From assembly GCA_963824735.1 (NCBI GenBank), contig CAWGQH010000014.1, positions 74,853 through 138,852 of the forward strand: DNA of 64,000 bases, given 5' to 3'. Under the pieces are notes generated by a model. It searched no databases. It had not been told where the DNA came from and saw nothing but the letters and a program-made list of their open reading frames with translations. Shown piece by piece: positions 54,652 to 63,325 of the stretch (positions are counted from its first letter, which is position 1; each line of letters opens with the position of its first letter). The DNA comes from an uncultured Chloroflexia bacterium. GTDB taxonomy: Bacteria; Chloroflexota; Limnocylindria; Limnocylindrales; CSP1-4. A program made the position numbers and the translations under genes.

Positions 54652-55562
54652 CCCTTGACTCCGCCCACCGAGACTCCCTCGACGAAGAACCGCTGTGTGA
54701 ACAGGAAGATGATGACGACCGGCAAGACCACGAGGGTCGACGCGGCCATCAGGAGGTTGTAGGCAACGTCGTGCTCACTCGTGAAGAAGGCCAGCCCGAC
54801 CGCCAATGGGTACTTCGACTGCTCGTGAAGATAGAGGAGTGGCAACAGGAACTCGTTCCACGCCGCGACCGCAGCGAAGATCAGGACGACCGCGATCGCC
54901 GGCGAAGTCAGCGGGAGGATCACGCGCCAGAAGGTCTGGAATTCGCTCGCCCCGTCGACCTTGGCGGCGTCCGACAGTTCGCGCGGGATGCCGAGCATGA
55001 ACTGACGCAACAGGAAGATGTAGAACGGGTTGCCGAAGAACGCCGGGACGATCAGCGGCAGGAACGTGTTCACCCAGGAGTCTGAGCCCTGGATCCCGAA
55101 CGCGGGCAGCCTGCCGAAGATGTCGAACAGGGCAACGAGGATGACGGGATAAGGCAGGAAGATCGTCGCGATGCAGAGATAGAAGACCTTGTCGCGCCCG
55201 GGCCACTCGATTCGGGAGAAGCCGTACGCGACGAGCGTGTTCGACAGCACGGCGCCGATCGTGATGCCCACCGTGAGGATCAACGAGTTGAGGGCGAAAA
55301 CCCCGAACGGGATGAAGTTGATGGCATCGGGGAAGTTCTGCCAGACCCAGGTCTCGGGGATCAAGGTCGGCGGGAACCGGGCCCCTTCCTGGGGTGTCTT
55401 CACCGCACTGATGAACATCCAGTAGAACGGCGCCATGAATGCGATCAGGCCCACGATCAGGACGATCCGCGGCAGGATCCCGCGGGTCAGGAGACGACTG
55501 GCGTGGCGGCGGCGCCCCGGTACCGTGGTGGGGATCGGTGCCGTCGTGTCGGTCGTCGCCAT
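54648..55562 (-). CDS. carbohydrate ABC transporter permease (MalG-like)
   Basis: 6 TM helices. EAA-type loop ...PRELSDAAKVDGASEFQTFWRVILP. Confidence 0.9.
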   Translation of the reverse strand: MATTDTTAPIPTTVPGRRRHASRLLTRGILPRIVLIVGLIAFMAPFYWMFISAVKTPQEGARFPPTLIPETWVWQNFPDAINFIPFGVFALNSLILTVGITIGAVLSNTLVAYGFSRIEWPGRDKVFYLCIATIFLPYPVILVALFDIFGRLPAFGIQGSDSWVNTFLPLIVPAFFGNPFYIFLLRQFMLGIPRELSDAAKVDGASEFQTFWRVILPLTSPAIAVVLIFAAVAAWNEFLLPLLYLHEQSKYPLAVGLAFFTSEHDVAYNLLMAASTLVVLPVVIIFLFTQRFFVEGVSVGGVKG

Positions 55563-56519
55563 CTACGAACGCTCCGACTCGTAGTAGACCCAGCCGCCCG
55601 CCCACTTGAAGACGGCCCAGGCGAGGAGAAGGCTGACGATGAACAGCACGACCGAAAGCGCGGCCGCATAGCCCATCTGGCCGAACTGGAAGGCCTGCCG
55701 GTACAGGAAATACACGAACATCAGCAGCGAGTTGTCGGGGCCGGCAGACCGTTCGCCGCCGCCGGTGAGGATGTACGCCGGAGTGAAGATCTGGAGCGCC
55801 AGGGACAGGCCGATGACGATGTCGAACAGGATCACCGGGGTCATGAGCGGCAGGGTGATGCTGAAGAACTTGCGGATGGCGCCCGCGCCATCGAGCGAGG
55901 CCGATTCGTACAGCTCCGCCGAGATGCCCTTGAGGCCGGCCAGGAAGATCAAGGCGTACTGGCCGGCGCCCAGCTGGGCGATCATGACCAGTGCGAGTTT
56001 CGTGTAGGCGGGATCCCCAAGCCAGTTGGGGCCTTGCAGCCCCACGGCGGACAGGACGTGGTTGACCAACCCGTATCCGGGGTTGAGCATCACGATGAAG
56101 ATGAACGAGATCGCAAACACGGGCAGGATCGAGGGCAGATAGAACCCCGCCCGGTAGAACCCGATCTCTCTCATCTTCCGATTCATCGCCAGCGCGATGA
56201 CCATCGCAACGACGACCCCGATCGGGACGGCAAGGAGCGTGTAGTAGAGGGTGTTGTAGACCGCTTTCCAGAACTGCGGATCGTCGGCCATCCGCTGATA
56301 GTTTTCGGGTCCGATGAAGATCGGATCACGCAGCCCCGAGTAACGCGTCAGGCTCAGGTAGAACGTGTACAGGATCGGAAAGACGCCGAGGGCCACGAAA
56401 CCGAACAGCCACGGGCTGATGAACAACAGGCCGAGCCGAAGGTTGCGTCGCTCGATCGCTCCCAGGCGACGCAGGCCAAAGCGGCGGACAGCCGGCAGCG
56501 CGGCGCTGGGCTGACTCAC
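55563..56519 (-). CDS. carbohydrate ABC transporter permease (MalF-like)
   Basis: 6 TM helices. ...ELYESASLDGAGAIRKFFSITLP EAA loop. Confidence 0.9.
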   Translation of the reverse strand: MSQPSAALPAVRRFGLRRLGAIERRNLRLGLLFISPWLFGFVALGVFPILYTFYLSLTRYSGLRDPIFIGPENYQRMADDPQFWKAVYNTLYYTLLAVPIGVVVAMVIALAMNRKMREIGFYRAGFYLPSILPVFAISFIFIVMLNPGYGLVNHVLSAVGLQGPNWLGDPAYTKLALVMIAQLGAGQYALIFLAGLKGISAELYESASLDGAGAIRKFFSITLPLMTPVILFDIVIGLSLALQIFTPAYILTGGGERSAGPDNSLLMFVYFLYRQAFQFGQMGYAAALSVVLFIVSLLLAWAVFKWAGGWVYYESERS

Positions 56520-56583
56520 GCGTTCCGGGTCCAGGGTGCGGGGACCGGGATCCGGTCCCCGCGTGAATCGATCGTTGAGGTGG

Positions 56584-58014
56584 TCAGCACCCGACCGTGT
56601 CGAGCTGTGGTTGCACCGAGTCCTGGGCCTCCTGCAGCGCCGCCATCGGCTCCGCGGTGTTGAGCTCCACCGAACCCTGTGCCTGGGTCAACGCATCCCA
56701 GTAGATCGCCCCGACCGCGAGCGGCGGTCGACTGTGGGCGACCCCGAGGAAGTCGAGGAACTGGGCATGCTGCTCGTCGTACAACGACGTGTCTGCGAGC
56801 AGGGCCTCGAGCGTCGGCATGTGGGCCGTGTCCTGCGTGTAGGTTGTCTGACCTTCGGTGCCGGCGATGTACTGCATGAACCGCCACGCCTGCTCGGGCA
56901 CCTGCGAATCGGGGATCATGGCGACCGACCAGCCACCTGCCCATGTGGACGGCTCGTCACCATCGTTGGGAACCGGGATGTACGTGATGCCGTACTCGAC
57001 GTCCGGCTTGTACTGTGCCATCTCGGCGATTCGCCAGTCACCGGTGACGACCATCGCCAGTTTTCCGGTGACAAATGCTTGCTGGCTGCCCGACGGGCTG
57101 GGAGGCACATTCGTGCTGGCCCAGCGGGTCAGCTTCTCAGGATCGCGCTGCTGCGCGAAGTCATAGAGGAACTGGAAGCCGGCCACGACGCCGGGGTCGG
57201 TCGGCGTCACCTTGCAGGCTGCCGTATCGGCGAAACTCCCGCCGAATGCGAAGCCCCAGGTGTAGTGCCAGCCCTGGTCGATCGCACCCGGCTGTCCGCC
57301 CGGACCCGGGCCTCCTGGGAGCCAGCCGAGGACGTCGTAGTTCCCATTGGCGTCCTCGGTGGTGACCGCGTCGGCGATCGCGAGGACTTCATCGATCGTC
57401 GCCGCGCCGTTGGCGATGTCGAGCACGGCAGGATCCTGACCGGCGGCCGTGATCAGATCCTTGTTGTAATAGAGCGCCCGGGCGTCGGTATCGAACGGCA
57501 GGGCGTAGGTCTTGCCTTGGAACTGTGTCTCGGCCCAGGCGAAGTCGAGGTAGTCGCCGGCCATCGCCGCGGCGTCGGGGAGCTCGGCCAGCACGCCTTC
57601 GTTCGCACGCTGCGGAACCGTGAAGCGGTCCACGAGGTAGACGTCTGGAGCCGCGCCTCCCCGGATTGCGGTCAGCAGCTTGGCGATGTCCGTCTCGCTG
57701 CCGGGCACGATCTCCATCGTTACGCAGACATCCGGGTTGGCGGCGTTGAAGTTGTCCACGATCTTCTGGAGGGTGTCCGAAGCGGGCGGGGTGTGCTCGG
57801 TCCAGAATTTGACCGCCGTCGCCCCGGACTGGCACGGCTCGCCCGCGACCGCGGACGTACCGGGACTCGCGCCCGGGGACGCGGCGCCGGCTGGGGATCC
57901 GGCGGCGGGCTGACCCGGGCTTGCCGCCGGGCTCTGTGTTGCGCCGCTGCACGCCACGGCCAGAACTGCGGCCGTCACGACCAGCACCGGGATGCGGCCG
58001 ACAAACCGACTCAT
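56584..58014 (-). CDS. extracellular solute-binding lipoprotein of the sugar ABC transporter
   Basis: ATG 58014 after AGGAGG. Lipobox LAVACSG. Family-1 SBP-like sequence. Confidence 0.9.
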   Translation of the reverse strand: MSRFVGRIPVLVVTAAVLAVACSGATQSPAASPGQPAAGSPAGAASPGASPGTSAVAGEPCQSGATAVKFWTEHTPPASDTLQKIVDNFNAANPDVCVTMEIVPGSETDIAKLLTAIRGGAAPDVYLVDRFTVPQRANEGVLAELPDAAAMAGDYLDFAWAETQFQGKTYALPFDTDARALYYNKDLITAAGQDPAVLDIANGAATIDEVLAIADAVTTEDANGNYDVLGWLPGGPGPGGQPGAIDQGWHYTWGFAFGGSFADTAACKVTPTDPGVVAGFQFLYDFAQQRDPEKLTRWASTNVPPSPSGSQQAFVTGKLAMVVTGDWRIAEMAQYKPDVEYGITYIPVPNDGDEPSTWAGGWSVAMIPDSQVPEQAWRFMQYIAGTEGQTTYTQDTAHMPTLEALLADTSLYDEQHAQFLDFLGVAHSRPPLAVGAIYWDALTQAQGSVELNTAEPMAALQEAQDSVQPQLDTVGC

Positions 58015-58350
58015 TGCTCCTCCTTCCGCTCCTCGGATCGGCGTTCGAGAAGGAGTCGCGGCCGCCTGCACATCGCGTGAGGCCTGTATTCGGCCGAATC
58101 TCTCGGAGTAGCTCTCAACCAGCGGCGAAAGCAGAATTCGGTCATCGCGTCGAAGGCGGATCGGCGGCGGGCGCTTCTCTCCAGCGGCGATCGTCCGAGC
58201 GAGAAACCCAAAAGGGTCCTTAAGCGGTGCTTGCCCCATAGGGTTGCACCAACGAAACAGGATGGAGCGCATTCCTGAACGGACCATCTCTCGATGCCGC
58301 TCCGACCTTTCGATTTCGAATCAACTGTCGCTCTCGCGCCAGCCACGCGC

Positions 58351-59373
58351 CTAGCCGATGGATCCGACGGCGGTGCCGACCGCCCGCAGGCGATCGTGCG
58401 CCCCGCCCATCCACGGGACGTCCGGCAGGTACCGCTTCGGCATCTTGGCGACGATCGTGTAGTTCGCGTCGACGACATTCGCGATCGGCGAGCGGGAGCC
58501 CTGCGTGACGAGCTGGTACGTGTCCATGGCGGACAGCCCTGTCTGGCTGGAGATCCAGGCGATCAGCTGGGTGTGGGCGATCCGGAAGGCGTCTTCGAGA
58601 GGTCGATAGGACCCGGCCACCATGATCGTGTCGTCGTCCTCCAGCCGCGGCCAATCACAGTAGGTTGCCTTGACGAGGTCAACCGTCAGCCGGCTGTTCA
58701 TGGCGCCCTCGACGGCCACACCACAAACCTCCCCCTCGCCCATCGTGTAATGGCCGTCACCGATCGAGAAGAGCGCGCCCTCGACGTTGACGCCGAGATA
58801 GATCGTGGTTCCGGCGCGTGCCTCCGGCGTATCCATGTTGCCGCCGAACGCCTCGGGCACGAGCACGTTCCGGACCTCCCCTGCAGCGGGAGCGACGCCG
58901 ATCGTGCCGAGGAAGGGCTGGAGTGGCAGCTTGACTGAATAGTCGGAATCGAGCGCTCGGTAGGTGACCTCCCCGGCTGATCGATCCACCGAGTACAGCC
59001 ACGTCTTCTCGGGGAGAGCAGGCTGCAGCGTCGGAGTGAACTTCGTGCTCGTCAATGCGCCGAAGAGCGGAACGGTCGTCGAAACGGCCCAGTCGCGAGC
59101 AGGCTGGACATCGATGAGATGAATCGCGAGCGTGTCGCCGGGCTCCGCCCCGTCCACGTAGAACGGCCCCGTCTGAGGATTGATGTAGGGATACTCGATC
59201 GACCTGCTGGGAAGGTCGTTGCTGGACCTGATCCGCCCCGCAAAGGCATCCTCGGTGAACAGGTCGAGAACGTCACCGGGCTGGACATGCAGGACTGGCT
59301 CGTATCCACCGAACGTCCAGGCGAACTGATCCTCGGTCGGTACGAAGCGGGTCACGGTCGGCTGCGTAGTCAC
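58351..59373 (-). CDS. acetamidase/formamidase family protein
   Basis: 340 aa. ...GGNMDTPE...DGHYTMGEGEVCGVAVE... is typical of the FmdA/AmdA family. Confidence 0.9.
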   Translation of the reverse strand: MTTQPTVTRFVPTEDQFAWTFGGYEPVLHVQPGDVLDLFTEDAFAGRIRSSNDLPSRSIEYPYINPQTGPFYVDGAEPGDTLAIHLIDVQPARDWAVSTTVPLFGALTSTKFTPTLQPALPEKTWLYSVDRSAGEVTYRALDSDYSVKLPLQPFLGTIGVAPAAGEVRNVLVPEAFGGNMDTPEARAGTTIYLGVNVEGALFSIGDGHYTMGEGEVCGVAVEGAMNSRLTVDLVKATYCDWPRLEDDDTIMVAGSYRPLEDAFRIAHTQLIAWISSQTGLSAMDTYQLVTQGSRSPIANVVDANYTIVAKMPKRYLPDVPWMGGAHDRLRAVGTAVGSIG

Positions 59374-59449
59374 GACGTGCCTCCGTCGACATTGCTGGCT
59401 CCGACCATCCTACCGAGCGATGCCGAGATCGCAGCTCCGCATTGCGCGG

Positions 59450-60436
59450 CTAGACGAGCTCGGTCGGGGCGAGGTCGAGCTCGATGAGCCGGCCGTCGCG
59501 GGCCACGTCGAGCTGCACGCGGCGGCCGACGAGATCCCCGACGAGGAGCCGCTGGAGGTCGCCGACACCTTCGACCGCGCTGCCGTCGAGGCCGACGATC
59601 AGGTCGCCGGCGCGCACGCCGGCCGTCGCCGCGGGGCTGCGATCGAGGAGCTGCACGACCTCGAGTCCGCGGACACGGCCGAGGCTCGCGGCCAGCGTAC
59701 CGGGCAACGCCTTGGTGCCGCCGACCACGCCGAGATACGCCCGCCGAACCCGGCCATCGCGCATCAGCGCCCCGAGGATCGGTCGAGTGGTGGCGTCGAT
59801 CGGCACGGCCAGGCCGAGCCCGATCCCGGCGACGGCCGTGTTGATGCCCACGACACGAGCACGGGAGTCGGCCAGCGCTCCGCCCGAGTTGCCCGGGTTG
59901 AGCGCGGCGTCGGTCTGGATGACGTTCTCGACGAGGCGCGTGGCGCGCCCATCCCGCGTGCCCAGGGACCGGCCGAGCGCGCTGACGACACCTGCCGTGA
60001 CCGAACCGCCGAAGCCGAGCGGGTTGCCGATCGCGACCACGAGCTGGCCGACCTTGAGCCGGCCGGCGTCGCCGAGCCGAGCGGCCGTCGTGTCACCTTC
60101 GGCCCGGACGACGGCGAGGTCCGAGAGCGGGTCACGGCCGACGACCCGGAACGGCTGCTCGGTTCCGTCGACGAACGTGGCACTCCCACGATCGACGCCG
60201 GCCACGACGTGCGCCGACGTGACGAGGTAGCCGTCGGGGGTGAAGGCGACCGCCGAGCCGGACCCGGCCGCGGACCAGCCGCCGCCCTGCCGGGAGACGC
60301 GAAGGCTCGAAACCGAGGGGATCAGCGCCTCGGCGACGGCCGAGACCGCCGCCGAGTACGCGTCGAGGATGCCGCTGTCGTCGACCTCGTCGGTGACGTC
60401 GAACGGCGCGTCGCGGGTTGGTTCAGCGATGGCCAT
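59450..60436 (-). CDS. trypsin-like (S1C, HtrA-type) serine protease with PDZ domain, no signal peptide
   Basis: Triad contexts TSAHVV, DLAVV and GNSGGAL. C-terminal PDZ (GVRAGDLIVGLDG). ATG 60436 preferred over 60466 to avoid overlap. Confidence 0.85.
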   Translation of the reverse strand: MAIAEPTRDAPFDVTDEVDDSGILDAYSAAVSAVAEALIPSVSSLRVSRQGGGWSAAGSGSAVAFTPDGYLVTSAHVVAGVDRGSATFVDGTEQPFRVVGRDPLSDLAVVRAEGDTTAARLGDAGRLKVGQLVVAIGNPLGFGGSVTAGVVSALGRSLGTRDGRATRLVENVIQTDAALNPGNSGGALADSRARVVGINTAVAGIGLGLAVPIDATTRPILGALMRDGRVRRAYLGVVGGTKALPGTLAASLGRVRGLEVVQLLDRSPAATAGVRAGDLIVGLDGSAVEGVGDLQRLLVGDLVGRRVQLDVARDGRLIELDLAPTELV

Positions 60437-60440
60437 GGGC

Positions 60441-61337
60441 TCAGGCCTCGCCGGTGGCCTCGCCACCGCCGACGCTCACGGTGCGCTCTTCCGTGCCGCG
60501 AACGACCTTCACCTCGAAGGTATCGCCCGCGCTGGCGAGCACCTCGACCAGCTCGTCGCCGTCGGTGATCGGCGTGCCCGCAGCCTCGACGATGAGGTCA
60601 CCGGCCTGGATACCGGCACGGGCGGCCGGGCTGCCGTCCTCGACGTCACGGACCAGCAGGCCGTCGCGCTCCGGCAGGCCGACCGACCGCCGAAGGCGGC
60701 GTGCGACGTACGACGGGGCGACCGACACGCCGAGGCGCGCTCGCTTCGGTTCCTCGCCGCGACCGAGCGCATCCACCCGCTCGCGCAGCGCGCCGTCCGC
60801 CGGCAGGGCCAGGTAGAAGCCATCGCCGATCCGGTTGGTGTTGAGCCCGACGAGCCGCCCGTCGGCGTCCAGCAGGGCACCGCCCGACGAGCCCGGGGCG
60901 AGGGGAGCAGTGTGCTCGATGCTGCCGGCGATCCGCCGGCCGCCCGGTCCGCGGAACGCACGCTCGACCGCCGACACGGTCCCGAACGTGATGCGCGTGC
61001 CGGAACCGTTCGCGGCAGCGGCCCCGAACACCGCGGCACCGAGCTGGACGCCGTCGGCGGCGCCCCATTCGAGCGGTGTCGCGCCCTTGGTCTCGACGCC
61101 GATCACGGCCAGGTCGCCGTCGCCGTCGACCGCCTTGACGGTCCCGATCTCGCGACGCCCGTCGGCGAAGGTGACAGTCACCTCGCTGCCGCGCAGGTTG
61201 TGGGCATTGGTGAGGACGTCGCCGTCGCCGATGACGACGCCGGATCCGCGCTGGTGGCGGCCGATCGCGACGATCGACGGGCCGGCGCGCTCGGCAAGGG
61301 TTGCGATGGAGGACTGGAGCTCTTCGAGCAGGGTCAT
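60441..61337 (-). CDS. second trypsin-like (S1C) serine protease with PDZ domain, no signal peptide
   Basis: TNAHNL, DLAVI and GSSGGAL. PDZ (GIQAGDLIVEAAG). ATG 61337. Confidence 0.85.
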   Translation of the reverse strand: MTLLEELQSSIATLAERAGPSIVAIGRHQRGSGVVIGDGDVLTNAHNLRGSEVTVTFADGRREIGTVKAVDGDGDLAVIGVETKGATPLEWGAADGVQLGAAVFGAAAANGSGTRITFGTVSAVERAFRGPGGRRIAGSIEHTAPLAPGSSGGALLDADGRLVGLNTNRIGDGFYLALPADGALRERVDALGRGEEPKRARLGVSVAPSYVARRLRRSVGLPERDGLLVRDVEDGSPAARAGIQAGDLIVEAAGTPITDGDELVEVLASAGDTFEVKVVRGTEERTVSVGGGEATGEA

Positions 61338-61355
61338 GGTGGCGCTGTCTCCGTG

Positions 61356-61378
61356 GTAACTTGTGACTTGCAATGTAC
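61356..61378. promoter_or_regulatory. imperfect 23-bp palindrome in the protease/hxlR divergent region (candidate operator)
   Basis: GTAACTTGTGACTTGCAATGTAC, symmetric as GTA-N2-TTG...CAA-N2-TAC (14 of 23 positions self-complementary). AT-richer than its surroundings. Confidence 0.3.
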
Positions 61379-61429
61379 TACCGACCATTCGGGAGCGCAA
61401 TCCCCGTTCGGCAGCGCGCGTCGCCTACG

Positions 61430-61885
61430 ATGGCGCCGATGCCGGAGAAGCCCGCTCCCTACGGAACGCCCGCGGATCCACGACCGCTGGAGGCCGCCCT
61501 CGACCGCGTCGGGGACCGCTGGAGCCTGCTGATCGTGGAGGCGCTGCTCGACCGTCCGCGGCGGTTCGGTGAGCTGACCGAGGCGCTGCCCGGAATCGCC
61601 CCGAACATCCTGTCCGACCGGCTGCGGCGCCTGGAGCGCGAGGGGATCGTTCGGGCGACGCCGTACCAGCAGCGGCCCGTGCGGATGGCGTACGCCCTGA
61701 CGGCCGAGGCGCGCGATCTCGCGAGCGCCCTGCGGCTCCTCGCCGACTGGGGCGCGCGCCGCACCGGCGGCGCCGAGCCGATCCGCCACGAGCTGTGCGG
61801 CACGCCGCTCGAGGCGCACTGGTACTGCCAGACCTGTTCGGTCGTCGTCGACGAAGCCCAGGCCTCGGAGACGCGCGTCGTCTAA
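61430..61885 (+). CDS. HxlR family transcriptional regulator with a Cys/His-containing C-terminal extension
   Basis: DRVGDRWSLLIVEALLDRPRRFGEL...GIAPNILSDRLRRLEREGIV wHTH. Extra tail HELCGTPLEAHWYCQTCS. Confidence 0.85.
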   Translation: MAPMPEKPAPYGTPADPRPLEAALDRVGDRWSLLIVEALLDRPRRFGELTEALPGIAPNILSDRLRRLEREGIVRATPYQQRPVRMAYALTAEARDLASALRLLADWGARRTGGAEPIRHELCGTPLEAHWYCQTCSVVVDEAQASETRVV

Positions 61886-61910
61886 GGGGCCTCGTGGCCG
61901 GCCGGGCCAT

Positions 61911-62027
61911 TCCGATTTCGTACGCCCATGCCGGAACCACCCCCTCCCACCTCGCTTCCGATTTCGGACTCCGATTTCGGATGGCATCGTGGAGGGGGTG
62001 TGCCTTCCACTAGCTTCCGATTTCGGA
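61911..62027 (-). repeat. 117-nt quadripartite palindromic element, copy C (inverted orientation)
   Basis: Plus-strand cores TCCGATTTCGTA at 61911 and TCCGATTTCGGA at 61957, 61970 and 62016 (spacing 46/13/46). Spacer pairing CACCCCCTCC 61938-61947 / GGAGGGGGTG 61991-62000. Confidence 0.85.
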
Positions 62028-62064
62028 CTCGGGGCCTTCGAGCGGCCCTCGGTACACTCCCCAC

Positions 62065-62490
62065 GTGATGGATGACGAACGCTGGGAACCGGGGATGCCG
62101 GCCCTGGACCGTCAGGCCGTGCGCCAGCCGGTCCTGCCGCCCAGCCTCCAGGGCCTCCCACCGCGCTCCGTGCCGGAGACGAAGCCCACCCCGCTCCAGC
62201 CCTACTACGTCTACCTCTCGGTGGTCGTGCTGTTCTGCGGGGTCATCGCGATCACCGCGCTCGAGCTCGGCGCGCCGCTCGGCAGTCCACTCGTCAAGCT
62301 GTGTGCCCTCATCGGCCTGCCGCTCCTGGTCGCGACGACCGGGGACGCGACGCTCCGCATCTGGCGCTCGGCCTGGGCGTGGCTGCCGGTCGACCGCGGC
62401 AAAGGCCTGTTCCGCTTCGCGTGGGTGGGCGCGGCGCTCGTCGGGCTCTTCGCCCTGACGGCGGCGTCGCTCATCGTGATCCTCGCCTGA
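62065..62490 (+). CDS. membrane protein (3 TM)
   Basis: 141-aa ORF (GTG 62065 / ATG 62068). Hydrophobic helices [19 protein letters not shown] and others. No domain recognised. Confidence 0.6.
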   Translation: MMDDERWEPGMPALDRQAVRQPVLPPSLQGLPPRSVPETKPTPLQPYYVYLSVVVLFCGVIAITALELGAPLGSPLVKLCALIGLPLLVATTGDATLRIWRSAWAWLPVDRGKGLFRFAWVGAALVGLFALTAASLIVILA

Positions 62491-62500
62491 GCGGGCCGCG

Positions 62501-63127
62501 ATGACCGGGAACCACGAGTTCGAACGGGGGCGCGACGGGCGCTCCACCGACATCGAGACCGGCGGAGGCACGCCCGGCTGGCTGGCCTCGCACCTCAACT
62601 ACTGCTCGCGCTGCGGGTCGCGGCTCAGGTTCGGCGCCGTCGACGGCGAGCATCGCGAGCGGCTCATCTGCGACAACTGCGGTCACATCGTCTACGTCAA
62701 CCCGCGCCTGGTCGTGACCACATTCCCGGTCACGGACGACGGGGAGCTCATGCTGCTCCGGCGGGGGATCGAGCCGGGCTACGGCACGTGGGCCCAGCCC
62801 GGCGGCTTCCTCGAGGTGGACGAGACCGTCAACCAGGCGGCGATCCGCGAGACCCTCGAGGAGACCGGCCTCATCATCGAGCCGACAGAGATCATCGGGC
62901 TGTACACGCGGCTCGAGGCGGCCGTCGTGACGATCGCGTTCGAGGCACGGATCGTCGGGGGCGTCCCGATGGTGACGCCCGAAGCGCTGGAAGTTCGGTC
63001 GTTCTCGCCGGCCGACATCCCGTGGGACGGGATCGCCTTTAGCACGACGCAGTGGGCGCTGCGCGACTGGCTCGCCCTCCGCCACCCGGACCTCACCGCG
63101 CCCGAAACAACGCACGCGACCTTCTGA
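62501..63127 (+). CDS. NUDIX hydrolase with N-terminal zinc ribbon
   Basis: CSRCGS...CDNCGH zinc ribbon. Nudix box [24 protein letters not shown]. Confidence 0.9.
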   Translation: MTGNHEFERGRDGRSTDIETGGGTPGWLASHLNYCSRCGSRLRFGAVDGEHRERLICDNCGHIVYVNPRLVVTTFPVTDDGELMLLRRGIEPGYGTWAQPGGFLEVDETVNQAAIRETLEETGLIIEPTEIIGLYTRLEAAVVTIAFEARIVGGVPMVTPEALEVRSFSPADIPWDGIAFSTTQWALRDWLALRHPDLTAPETTHATF

Positions 63128-63325
63128 CCGGCCGGGCCCGGGCCCGGTGCTCGTGGAGCAACAAATCGCGTGAACCGGACCCGGTCACCCTACGCGTCTG
63201 GCCGTTCGGTGCGCACCGGGCACCGATTGCCCGGAATCCACAACGATCTGCCGATCGACCGCGCCCGAATCAGCCGATCTGTTGTCCTGGGAGCACCCCG
63301 ACCGTAGCACCCCGTCCGGACCCGC

